From an uncultured virus (IMG/VR IMGVR_UViG_3300029305_011402) (lineage: Duplodnaviria; Heunggongvirae; Uroviricota; Caudoviricetes), in the IMG/VR virus record IMGVR_UViG_3300029305_011402: 64,000 nt of DNA; one strand, written 5' to 3'. The translations under genes were made by a program, and so were the position numbers. The notes under the pieces are model-generated. The model was not told where the DNA came from, did no database searches, and saw nothing but the letters and a program-made list of their open reading frames with translations. This document shows, in pieces, positions 38,833 to 47,926 of this stretch; position 1 is the first letter of the stretch; each line of letters opens with the position of its first letter.

Positions 38833-39807
38833 TTACTCCTTATCTGAATTAAAGAAGTCAAAGTCTTCTTCTTCCTTGCTAACAACCTCAGGCTCTACGG
38901 TTGTGACAACCTCGTTTGATTGTTCGATTTTGTCTTTTATTTCAACTGCATCATTCTCAACAAACTCAGGTGCTAAGTCTTGTTTAATAACAGCCTCGTC
39001 TGCCTCAAATGCTTTTTGCATTTCAATACTCATAATTCCCCATTTGCTTATAAGTTGTCTTAATAGTGTTTTGTGTGCCATACCGTCAAAGTCTTTGTAC
39101 CAAAAACTGCTGTACTTCCACATATCTTTTTCTGTTACTTTACCTGCCTCAAAATCTGCAAAAGAAACTTTGTTATACTCAGGCTTAGCACCTTTTACTG
39201 CATCTGCACTAAATGCAGCACTATATTTATCTGCGTGTGCAACCATTTTCTTTTTAGACCAATAAATTGATTTTTTAAAGCCGTTTTGATATTCAAACAT
39301 AGCATAATAGCCGACTGTTGGAGTGTTTTCTCTTAGTTCCTCGTCTTCTATTAAATCAACTTCAATTTCTTCTTCTAACGGGTTATATTTTCTTAATTCG
39401 CCCTCTTTAATTGAAATTACGTTTATTTTTTTGTAGTAACCACTACGTATTGCTAATTGAATATAACCTTTGTAGCCCAACACAAATGTTGCAACTGTTT
39501 CGTCAGGTTCTCCGTTTTTACCTTTTTTCTTAAACGGCACCATATAATATTGCCCTAATTGTGGACTTGGAGATAATTTTAAACTCTCTCCCAAAAGAGC
39601 AGCACTCAAAATAGTTGTGTGCGTACACTCTGAAAGTGCAGCATTTGTACTTACGGCACTAATAATCGCCGTCATAAATCTTTGTCCATTTTCTCCACCA
39701 ACAATATTGTTGATTGATTTTTTAATTGCATCTTGTCCAATATACATACTGAAAGTTTGTTTTTTTGTAGCCAAACCTTTTTGGCTTGTAGTTGTTAAAT
39801 TATTCAT
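38833..39807 (-). CDS. recT: RecT-family single-strand annealing recombinase
   Basis: LSPSPQLGQYYMVPF, GYKGYIQLAIRSG and W..DFDGMA.KT motifs. Confidence 0.92.
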   Translation of the reverse strand: MNNLTTTSQKGLATKKQTFSMYIGQDAIKKSINNIVGGENGQRFMTAIISAVSTNAALSECTHTTILSAALLGESLKLSPSPQLGQYYMVPFKKKGKNGEPDETVATFVLGYKGYIQLAIRSGYYKKINVISIKEGELRKYNPLEEEIEVDLIEDEELRENTPTVGYYAMFEYQNGFKKSIYWSKKKMVAHADKYSAAFSADAVKGAKPEYNKVSFADFEAGKVTEKDMWKYSSFWYKDFDGMAHKTLLRQLISKWGIMSIEMQKAFEADEAVIKQDLAPEFVENDAVEIKDKIEQSNEVVTTVEPEVVSKEEEDFDFFNSDKE

Positions 39808-39818
39808 ATATTTTCTCC

Positions 39819-40619
39819 TTAAATTGCTGAAAATTTGATATTATTTTCTCTTAAAAATGTTTGTAATTTTTTTAGTTGCTCAACAGTTGCCTCGACTTGA
39901 AATTTAACTGTTTTTATTCTTGGCGTATTGTCTTCAACTTCTTCTCGTGAAGTATTTACTTCTGCCGACTGCTTTATTTCTGCAGCCTTTTGTCTTTCTT
40001 GTTTAAGTCTTTCGCTTTCCAAAAGTGCGTCAGACAAATTTAATGTTCTAAAGTAAAAGGCTTTTATTGTTGCCTCGTCCTCAGATTTTAGAGCCTCGAT
40101 AGCAACAAGTCCGTTTTTTATATTTGCAAAAACATTATCAATATCTGTCTTTATTGATTTCATTGACACAGATACGTTTAGCCATTTTGCTTGGTGTATT
40201 TTTTCATAAGGAACAAGGTTTAAATATTCCCCTGCAGCAACTTTGTAATATTCCAATATTTCATTTTGTTTGGCATTTTGTTTCTCTGTTTCAAATGTTT
40301 TTACTTGCCCGTCTATTTGTGAAATAGTTTCTTTTACCTTACCAATAACCTCGTCAACCTTTGCTTTAAAGTTTTCGTATGGCTCAAGGTATACTTTGCT
40401 TATTCTTATTCTCTCGTCGTTGAGAGCCTTTGCAAAGGCGTTTAGCCTTGCCCTGTCTTGTTTTGCGACAGCAACTTGACTATCGTCGTATGTAATACCG
40501 TCATACTGTTTTAAAATTTCGCATACATTTGCAAGAAGTTCTTTGTTATTAAAAGAAATCATTGCAGGTATTAAGTTTTCTATTGGTGTGTCCAATACAA
40601 GTGTTAATTCGTTTGACAT
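39819..40619 (-). CDS. DUF1351-like protein
   Basis: AK.DRA.LN...KAL.DERI...K.Y..PY..F motif; between YqaJ and RecT. Confidence 0.8.
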   Translation of the reverse strand: MSNELTLVLDTPIENLIPAMISFNNKELLANVCEILKQYDGITYDDSQVAVAKQDRARLNAFAKALNDERIRISKVYLEPYENFKAKVDEVIGKVKETISQIDGQVKTFETEKQNAKQNEILEYYKVAAGEYLNLVPYEKIHQAKWLNVSVSMKSIKTDIDNVFANIKNGLVAIEALKSEDEATIKAFYFRTLNLSDALLESERLKQERQKAAEIKQSAEVNTSREEVEDNTPRIKTVKFQVEATVEQLKKLQTFLRENNIKFSAI

Positions 40620-40650
40620 ATTTTTTCCTCCAAATTTTATTTGTTAATTG

Positions 40651-41313
40651 TTATTCTCTGTTAATTCTTGGCAGTATAAGTGGAGGTCTTATTTTCCTTT
40701 CCACATAACTCCAAAACTCTTTTTCTTTCAAGTAAAGGTATTGCATATCGTCCAGAATATCTTTTCGTAAATATGGGTAGTGTCTTGTAATACACTCCAA
40801 CTGTCCATTTGCTCCTGTGTGTTTTAGTTGTGCTTTACAGAAAGCAAAAGTCCAACCTGTAACAATCAAATTGTGCAATATTTGACAGTAGTAATAATCA
40901 GGTATTTGCTTGTTCCATTTTGAAAACCCTGACGGGTAATCAATGCAGGAAGTTTTTCCCTCATATAAGCCAAAAGTATTTGTTTTTTTATCTACAATCT
41001 CTCCGTCAAGAGATGCAAACATAAAACCTCTTTTGTACACAATCTCTTTATTTGATTTGACTGTGTATTGAGGAAAGTCCAAAGCAAATAGTTTTAACAA
41101 TAAATCTTCTGCATCATTGCCGTATTTGACGTTTTCTTCCTCAGATATATCTTCAGGCGTTCTTAACCCTACTTTTTCCTCCCATAATTGAACGTTTGTC
41201 TTAAACGGACTAATTCCTATTGCTGCAGCAGCGTCTGAGCCACCTAAGCCATTTTTTCTAAACTCCAACCATTCAGGAGAATTGTGTTTAAGTTTTATAA
41301 GTTCGAGTTCCAT
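40651..41313 (-). CDS. YqaJ-like (lambda-type) exonuclease
   Basis: WL..R..GLGGSDAAA..G.SPFK, ASLDG, EGKT, IPDYYYCQ. Confidence 0.92.
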   Translation of the reverse strand: MELELIKLKHNSPEWLEFRKNGLGGSDAAAAIGISPFKTNVQLWEEKVGLRTPEDISEEENVKYGNDAEDLLLKLFALDFPQYTVKSNKEIVYKRGFMFASLDGEIVDKKTNTFGLYEGKTSCIDYPSGFSKWNKQIPDYYYCQILHNLIVTGWTFAFCKAQLKHTGANGQLECITRHYPYLRKDILDDMQYLYLKEKEFWSYVERKIRPPLILPRINRE

Positions 41314-41483
41314 TATCTTGCTCCTTTGTAACATTGCTTGTGATAAGTTTTAAATAGTTCTGCGACTAACTTATCTTTTCTTTCTGCAGACAGACTGTTG
41401 ATTGTCAAGAGTGCATTTTCTTTGGTGTAATTACACAACAATTCTTCAACTGCAGGAATTTGTACTTCTGTTTGCATAAGCAT
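41313..41483 (-). CDS. Small phage hypothetical protein
   Basis: GGAGG RBS before MLMQ; coupled to the exonuclease gene. Confidence 0.5.
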   Translation of the reverse strand: MLMQTEVQIPAVEELLCNYTKENALLTINSLSAERKDKLVAELFKTYHKQCYKGAR

Positions 41484-41518
41484 TTCCTCCTTTTGTAAAA
41501 TTTCGTTTTCTTGACCAA

Positions 41519-42169
41519 TTATTCGCATACTTCAACTTTGGTTTCAGGTATCAGAGCACAAAGCGGACGCACGCCAAGGCTACCGTTGCACGCATAGCTG
41601 TGGCTCAAACTACCGTTCGAGTTGACGCTGCGAACAAGATGCTCATAAACCAAACTGTCAGCAGTTAATGTCCACCACCAATCACTTGCGTTTGGTATAT
41701 GTTTCCTGTATTTTCTGTATTCCTCGCAAGAAATCAAAGAAATGTAATCAAAGCAACTGCCGTAATCTGTAAGCCCGTCGTCTGTAGTTAAATCTCTTTT
41801 AAATTCAACCAAGTCATATTTATTGATTTTTTCTAACTCTTTAAAGCCCTTATGTAAGTTGTCGTCATTAAAATTGTTTAATTCTTCTCTTAAGGTTGAC
41901 TCTTTCCAGTTATTGCGATTGTCGGAATCAAAAGCCCAATCACACAATCTGTCTTTTGCAAATATCAAAACCCTGTCAACCTTTTTGTCTAAAACAACCC
42001 ACTCAATACCTGCGTATTTAATAAAAGAACCCACCTCAGCATTTTCAGCCTCAATTATTGCTCGTTCTTCAATAAAAAACTTTTTTGCCAAATCTTCTCC
42101 GACAATTTCTGCAATAAGAGCCTCTGCCTCTTGTGGGTTCGCATTTTTTAATTTTTCAAATCTATTCAT
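41519..42169 (-). CDS. DGR target protein 2 (DUF6273-like, stand-alone, early region)
   Basis: 216 aa; EWVVLD...NNWKESTLR..LN...WWWTLT...GVRPLC; C-terminal VR2. Confidence 0.88.
   Translation of the reverse strand: MNRFEKLKNANPQEAEALIAEIVGEDLAKKFFIEERAIIEAENAEVGSFIKYAGIEWVVLDKKVDRVLIFAKDRLCDWAFDSDNRNNWKESTLREELNNFNDDNLHKGFKELEKINKYDLVEFKRDLTTDDGLTDYGSCFDYISLISCEEYRKYRKHIPNASDWWWTLTADSLVYEHLVRSVNSNGSLSHSYACNGSLGVRPLCALIPETKVEVCE
41559..41636 (-). repeat. DGR variable repeat VR2 (remote)
   Basis: 78-bp ungapped match to TR 4487-4564; 9 mismatches, all at TR adenines (5 A>G, 2 A>T, 2 A>C). Confidence 0.95.
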
Positions 42170-42179
42170 AATTTTCCTC

Positions 42180-42470
42180 CTATTTCTCTTGTGAATATTT
42201 TTTATAAATCTCTTGTTTTTCTTGACGTGCCTGTGTTGTGGGTGCATCTTTTAGTTGTGGGTTTTTTGCTTGCACCTTTCTTCTTGCACGCATAATTGAC
42301 TTAAAACTTGGCAAATCTTTTCTCTTTACTATCTGGCTAAAGGGAATATTTACGTCAATTCCAAATCTTTTCACAACACCTAATATCAAGTCATAATCAT
42401 TTGTTCTTGCAGAGTAGTTGTTTTCCAACTCCTCTTTAACACACTTTTCTATGTTTAAAAGATGTTTCAT
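42180..42470 (-). CDS. Phage hypothetical protein
   Basis: LPSFKSIMRARRKVQ motif, GGAGG RBS. Confidence 0.65.
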   Translation of the reverse strand: MKHLLNIEKCVKEELENNYSARTNDYDLILGVVKRFGIDVNIPFSQIVKRKDLPSFKSIMRARRKVQAKNPQLKDAPTTQARQEKQEIYKKYSQEK

Positions 42471-42482
42471 ATTTCCTCCTGA

Positions 42483-42659
42483 TTATGACGTTTCTAAGTA
42501 TTTCTTAACTGCAAGTCTGATTATGTCGCTAACACAGTAATTTGAGCCGTTCTTTTTAGTTAACTCAGCGGCAAGTTCCTCACATTTTCGCTTGTCTTCA
42601 GCCGAATTAAAGTAAAAACCAACATAACGCTCTTTTCTGTCTTGGTTCTTATCTTTCAT
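42483..42659 (-). CDS. 58-aa putative ribbon-helix-helix DNA-binding protein (not in ORF track), first gene of the early operon
   Basis: MKDKNQDRKERYVGFYFNSAEDKRKCEELAAELTKKNGSNYCVSDIIRLAVKKYLETS; GGAGG RBS. Confidence 0.65.
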   Translation of the reverse strand: MKDKNQDRKERYVGFYFNSAEDKRKCEELAAELTKKNGSNYCVSDIIRLAVKKYLETS

Positions 42660-42889
42660 ACTTTTTCCTCCATAAAAAATAGGCTTGCCAGTAACGACAA
42701 ACCTATAAAAAATAAGGACGTGTCATTTACTAACACGTCTATGATAACATTACACAATTTTAGTAATTAAGAAGTTTATTGTTTCTCAAGAGCCAATTTT
42801 GCAATTTTAATTTACAAATTGATAAAACACTTTACAAAACAAAATGTATTTGCTAAAATGTTTGTGTTTTAATAAAACATGCAAATGCG

Positions 42890-43125
42890 TTAGAACAAAA
42901 GACACGGTTTTTAACTTTGGCTTTTTAGAGAGTTGTTGGTTGGTGCAAAACAATAAAGCGGGTTAAAAATTATCACTTTTGGAGCAGAAAAACTGAAATT
43001 GTTTTTTGAGATTAAGTTTTTTCGGGACTTCCCGTAATAGAAGGCGCGAGTGATGGCTCGCTAGGCAATAAACAAGTGGTTTCAATCCTTAGCAAGGTCT
43101 TGTTTTTGCTAGGGATTTTTTGTTG
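42890..43125 (+). promoter_or_regulatory. T-box riboswitch leader of ileS with terminator
   Basis: Stem I AGAGA and GGTG elements, ATC (Ile) specifier near 42972, CCCGTAAT element, ACAAG-TGGT...CTTGT antiterminator, terminator AATCCTTAGCAA/TTGCTAGGGATT plus T-run. Confidence 0.8.
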
Positions 43126-43203
43126 CAAAGCAACAAAAAAAGTGAATAGTTAATAGTGAATAGTGAATAGTTATTGACTATTTTAATTTTGATAGGAGGA
43201 AAA

Positions 43204-46200
43204 ATGTACAAAAAAGTTGAAGAATTAAATTTGGCCAAAAATGAAGAAGAAGTATTAAAATTTTGGCAAGAAAACAATGTTAAAGAAACTTGTTTAAATC
43301 ACAACAAGGGCAAAAAATTGTTCTCGTTTTTTGAAGGTCCACCAACGGCAAATGGTCAACCACATGCTGGACACGTTTTAACAAGAACCCTAAAGGACTT
43401 ATTTAACCGTTATCACCTTATGAAAGGTTTTGAAGTGCCAAGAAAAGGTGGTTGGGACACTCACGGCTTGCCTGTTGAAATTTCGGTTGAAAAAGAAATT
43501 GGAATTTCTGGCAAACAACAAATTGAAGAATATGGCGTTGAAAAATTTGTTGAAGCCTGTAAAAAAGATGTTTGGAAATATGTTGATCTTTGGAAAACTT
43601 TTTCTGACCGTGTTGGCTATTTTGTTAATATGGACGAAGACTGCTATGTAACATATAAAGATGACTACATTGAAAGCGTTTGGTGGAGTTTGAAAGAGTT
43701 AAACAACAAAGGCTTGCTTTATAAAGGTTATAAAGTTTTACCATGTTGTCCAAGTTGTGGTACCGCTCTTTCTTCTCACGAAGTGGCACAAGGTTATAAA
43801 GAACGCAACGACTTAACTTTAGTTGCAAAATTTAAAGCGGTCGAAGAAGAAAACTTGTATTTTCTTGCATGGACAACAACACCTTGGACCTTGCCTTCAA
43901 ACGTGGCTCTTTGCGTGAATCCAGTTGAAGACTATGTTAAACTTGAATGTACTGTTAATGGCGAAAAATACATTTTGGCAAAAGCACTTGTGGAAGAATT
44001 CTTTAAAGAGGACGAATACACAATTTTGCAAACTTACAAAGGGAAGGATTTGGAATATAAAAAATATGTTCCTCTTTTTAACTATTTAACGGCTGACGAG
44101 CAATCAAAAGCACACTTTATTACTTGCGACAGCTATGTAACTTTAACTGATGGTACGGGAATTGTTCACATTGCCCCAGCTTATGGTGCCGATGATGCTA
44201 ATGTTGGTGTTAAATATGGCTTGCCTTTTGTTGCAATGGCTGGTCAAGATGGATTATTTACCGAAAAAGCATATCATTACACTGGCAAAAATGTTTTTGA
44301 TGTAAACGAGCAAATTGCCTACGATTTAAAAGACCAAGGCAAAGTGTTCAAAACAGCAAAACACAAACACGAATATCCACACTGCTGGAGATGTAAATCA
44401 CCCCTTATGTATTTTGCAAGAGATGGCTGGTTTGTTAAAACAACTGCTTTTAAAGATGAGTTGATTAAAAACAATCAAGGTGTAATTTGGCATCCAGAAA
44501 CCATCAAAGATGGTCGTATGGGCAATTGGTTAGAAAACGTTATTGACTGGAATATATCGCGTGATAGATATTGGGGTACCCCACTTCCTGTTTGGACTTG
44601 TGCTTGCGGACATCACCATGTTATAGGTAGCAAGGCGGAGCTAAGAGAACTTGGTGGCCTTGACAGAGATATTGAACTTCACAAACCTTATGTTGACGAA
44701 GTTGAAATCAAATGTGAAAAATGTGGAAGTGTTATGAAACGTGAGCCATATGTTATTGACTGTTGGTACGACAGCGGAAGTATGCCTTTTGCACAATTCC
44801 ACTATCCATTTGAAAATAAAGAAGAATTTGAAAGACGCTTCCCTGCAGACTTTATTTCTGAAGGTGCAGATCAATGCCGTGGCTGGTTCTATACTCAACT
44901 TGTTTTAGGTACAGCACTATTTGGCAAAGCTCCATTTAAAAATGTTATTGTAAACGGAATGGTTGTTGACGACAACGGCGTAAAACTTTCAAAAAGCCTT
45001 GGAAACTATCGTCCACCAATGGAAATTATTGGCAATGCAGGTGCAGACGCTGTAAGGTGGTCTTTCTATACAACAACTCAACCTTGGTATAACCAACCAA
45101 TGTCAGCAAAAAGTGCTGGCGAGGCAATTAAAAACTATTTTGGCACACTTTGGAACACATATTCGTTCTTTGTGCTATATGCCGAAATAGACAAATTTGA
45201 TCCAAGCAAATATAACCTAAAAGACTGCAAACTTTCGGTTATGGACAAATGGATTTTAAGCGAATATAACAAACTTGTAAAAGATGTTACAAACCATATT
45301 GACAACTTCCGTTGTACAGAGCCTGCAAGACAAATTCAAGAATTTGTTGACCTTCTTTCTAACTGGTATGTGCGCCGTTGCCGTAAACGTTATTGGGCTG
45401 GCGGAATGACTGACGACAAAGTGTCTGCTTATGTAACACTTTGGGAAGTGTTGGTTGGTCTTGCAAAGCTTACTGCTCCATTTACTCCATTTATTACTGA
45501 AAGTATGTATCAAAACTTGGTTGTACCATTCTTTGCAAATGCTCCAAAGAGCATCCACCTTTGCGAATATCCTGAGGTTAACGAAGAATATATTGACGAA
45601 GCATTAGCTAGAGATATGGAATTAACATATAAGTTTACCGAACTTGGCCGTAGCGCAAGAAACTTGTCTAATATTAAAATTAGACAACCGCTTGCAAAAC
45701 TTTATATCACGGACGCAAATGGCAAATTTGATTTAAGCAAAGATTTAATTAATCAAATTAAAGAAGAATTAAACGTTAAAGAAGTTGTAGAAAACGAAGA
45801 TTTAAGCCAATTTGTTAAATATTCAATAAAACCACAACTTAAAACTTTAGGACCAAAATATGGTGCACTTCTTGGTTCAATTAGAAATTTCTTTGCAACT
45901 TGCAACGCAAACGAAGTTGTTTCTACTGTTAGAAGTGGCAACCTTTATAAAACAACTCTAAATGGTCAAGAGGTTGAATTTAGCGAAGCAGACATTTTGA
46001 TTGCAGTTGAACAAACTAGCGATTACACTTCTGCAACCGAAGGCGCGTTGGCTGTTGTGCTAGACACTCAACTAACTCAAGAATTAATTGACGAAGGCAC
46101 TGTTAGAGAATTTGTTTCTAACATTCAAAACCTTAGAAAGTCTAGTGGCTATGAAGTTACCGACCGTATTAACATAACTGTTGACGGAGACCAAGCCTTA

Positions 46201-46338
46201 ACAGAAACACTTTTAAGTGCAACAAACACAATTTTAAAAGACTGCTTAGCACTTTCATTCACAAAAGGTGCAACTGGCGAATTTTGTCAAGAGTTTGATT
46301 ATAACGGCCAAAAAGTTGTGTTCTATATTTCAAGGTAA
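43204..46338 (+). CDS. ileS: Isoleucine--tRNA ligase (type 2)
   Basis: EGPPTANG.PHAGH, GWDTHGLP, WTTTPWTLPSN, DWNISRDRYWG, KLSKSLGN; type-2 C-terminus REFV..IQ.LRK..G..V.DRI. Confidence 0.97.
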   Translation: MYKKVEELNLAKNEEEVLKFWQENNVKETCLNHNKGKKLFSFFEGPPTANGQPHAGHVLTRTLKDLFNRYHLMKGFEVPRKGGWDTHGLPVEISVEKEIGISGKQQIEEYGVEKFVEACKKDVWKYVDLWKTFSDRVGYFVNMDEDCYVTYKDDYIESVWWSLKELNNKGLLYKGYKVLPCCPSCGTALSSHEVAQGYKERNDLTLVAKFKAVEEENLYFLAWTTTPWTLPSNVALCVNPVEDYVKLECTVNGEKYILAKALVEEFFKEDEYTILQTYKGKDLEYKKYVPLFNYLTADEQSKAHFITCDSYVTLTDGTGIVHIAPAYGADDANVGVKYGLPFVAMAGQDGLFTEKAYHYTGKNVFDVNEQIAYDLKDQGKVFKTAKHKHEYPHCWRCKSPLMYFARDGWFVKTTAFKDELIKNNQGVIWHPETIKDGRMGNWLENVIDWNISRDRYWGTPLPVWTCACGHHHVIGSKAELRELGGLDRDIELHKPYVDEVEIKCEKCGSVMKREPYVIDCWYDSGSMPFAQFHYPFENKEEFERRFPADFISEGADQCRGWFYTQLVLGTALFGKAPFKNVIVNGMVVDDNGVKLSKSLGNYRPPMEIIGNAGADAVRWSFYTTTQPWYNQPMSAKSAGEAIKNYFGTLWNTYSFFVLYAEIDKFDPSKYNLKDCKLSVMDKWILSEYNKLVKDVTNHIDNFRCTEPARQIQEFVDLLSNWYVRRCRKRYWAGGMTDDKVSAYVTLWEVLVGLAKLTAPFTPFITESMYQNLVVPFFANAPKSIHLCEYPEVNEEYIDEALARDMELTYKFTELGRSARNLSNIKIRQPLAKLYITDANGKFDLSKDLINQIKEELNVKEVVENEDLSQFVKYSIKPQLKTLGPKYGALLGSIRNFFATCNANEVVSTVRSGNLYKTTLNGQEVEFSEADILIAVEQTSDYTSATEGALAVVLDTQLTQELIDEGTVREFVSNIQNLRKSSGYEVTDRINITVDGDQALTETLLSATNTILKDCLALSFTKGATGEFCQEFDYNGQKVVFYISR

Positions 46339-46411
46339 GATACGTTCCTATTCTTGCGTGCCTAAAAGAATACATTGTTTCTATAGTACCTAAAAAAAAT
46401 TTAAATAAATT

Positions 46412-46453
46412 AAAAAAATTCTAGGGATTAACCTAAGGCATTTGAAACTAGTG
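46412..46453 (+). repeat. Left 42-bp inverted repeat of the RM cassette
   Basis: AAAAAAATTCTAGGgattaACCTAAggcATTTGAAACTAGTG; 34/42 identical to the reverse complement of 50734-50775. Confidence 0.85.
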
Positions 46454-46546
46454 TAATAATTAGATACTTTATCAAAAAAAGGGTAAAGTATCTTTTTTAT
46501 TAGAAAAAAATCTATCCAAATTAAAAAGGATAGATTTTAATATTAT

Positions 46547-47926
46547 TTATTTTAATGAATTCATTCTTGCCTCTATTACTTTTTCAGCCTTTTTTATCCA
46601 ATAGATTTCTTCTTCTTGTTCTAAACCTATATTGTAATATGATGCTAAAATTGCTAATGTTAAATTAGGGTTAAAAGAAAGCAATTTCGCCTTATTTCTA
46701 ACATATAGTTCACTAATAATTTTTAATCTTGCCTGTCTGCTACCTAAGTGAATTTGACAATGACAATTAGGACAAAGTGGAACAATATTATTGGGAATAT
46801 CTAAGTTTATTGAGCTATCAAAATAATACTCCTGTTGTCTATTCATTGGAACAATATGATGACCTTCTACATAATTATTTAATTCAACGGATTCAAAATA
46901 AAAATGTTTCGAATCATTGCAATCACACAAATATTTAGCTTTCTCCAATACACTATCTCTAATTTTTTTCTGTGTTTTAAATCTCTTTCTGCCATTACTA
47001 TCGACACCTCTTTCTGGTTTACGATGTATATCATTAATATTATCTAACTCATCATCACTTTCTATTACATCATCATCTATAGGAACAATCATGTGCCCTT
47101 GTTTTAATAATGATGAATTTGCATATTCTATAAATTTGCTAAGATTTTTAAATTGATTATCTAACTTAGATAGTCTTTTTGTTATTTGAGATATATCATA
47201 TTTAAAATCATTTCCACCTGCAAACATAGCTGTTAAAAATCTAAAGCAAAAAGATTTTATAAACTGACCTTCAAGTTGTTTTAATTCACAGTTGCCATAA
47301 AGTGTATTATTGTCCAATCTTAAATATTGAACTTGGGAATTAGCCTTTGATTTTTTCTGTAAAAAGTCAGACATTTCTAAATATTCAGTTAATGTGTTAA
47401 ACTTTGTATCAGTAGACAAATTCAAAATAGGGAAAAACGGAATCACATCAAAATTTAAAGTGTTAAGACTATTTACATCCATCTGCATTTTATTATAGTC
47501 TATATCAACTTTGTTATTTGCATTTATTTTAGAGGTTAATAAAACTATTTTTTTACACTTATCATCTAATAAAAATGCAATATTTTCTTCCATTTGAGTG
47601 CAAATGGTAGGCATTAAGCTTTGTTCTATAATTACATCGCCCAATTTTGAATCTATTGGAGTAAAGAATACTACAATCTTATCATAATGCAAATTATCTC
47701 CTTCTATAAAACCACTATATTGACTAAAAGAATTTTTTTCTTCTTTTGTTCTAGCAAATCTATATAAGTCAATCTCTAAAAATGTAAATTCATCATTTAA
47801 TTTTGCAATAACTTTCTGCAAGAAATCATCGGCTGATTTAACACCTAAAGATTTTAATATTGCCAGATTTTTATCATTACCTAAAGATTTATAAAATGAC
47901 TCTTGAACAACCAATGTTTGACTCAT
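46547..47926 (-). CDS. Putative restriction endonuclease with C-terminal HNH domain
   Basis: YVEGHHIVPM...LD..NNIVPLCPNCHCQIH; coupled (TAATG) to the methyltransferase. Confidence 0.8.
   Translation of the reverse strand: MSQTLVVQESFYKSLGNDKNLAILKSLGVKSADDFLQKVIAKLNDEFTFLEIDLYRFARTKEEKNSFSQYSGFIEGDNLHYDKIVVFFTPIDSKLGDVIIEQSLMPTICTQMEENIAFLLDDKCKKIVLLTSKINANNKVDIDYNKMQMDVNSLNTLNFDVIPFFPILNLSTDTKFNTLTEYLEMSDFLQKKSKANSQVQYLRLDNNTLYGNCELKQLEGQFIKSFCFRFLTAMFAGGNDFKYDISQITKRLSKLDNQFKNLSKFIEYANSSLLKQGHMIVPIDDDVIESDDELDNINDIHRKPERGVDSNGRKRFKTQKKIRDSVLEKAKYLCDCNDSKHFYFESVELNNYVEGHHIVPMNRQQEYYFDSSINLDIPNNIVPLCPNCHCQIHLGSRQARLKIISELYVRNKAKLLSFNPNLTLAILASYYNIGLEQEEEIYWIKKAEKVIEARMNSLK

Larger units (their letters stand above)
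1..42760 (-). mobile_element. Temperate phage/prophage 1 (podovirus-like: portal, TerS/TerL, major capsid, tail tubular proteins, ejection proteins, DGR, recombination/replication module); left end beyond the window
   Basis: Contiguous co-oriented minus-strand phage genes in canonical order, ending just before the ileS promoter. No integrase or att site seen in the window; right boundary approximate. Confidence 0.93.

Noticed and set aside
42740..42880. Prophage attachment site
   Set aside because: No partner repeat inside the window; the other prophage end is not visible
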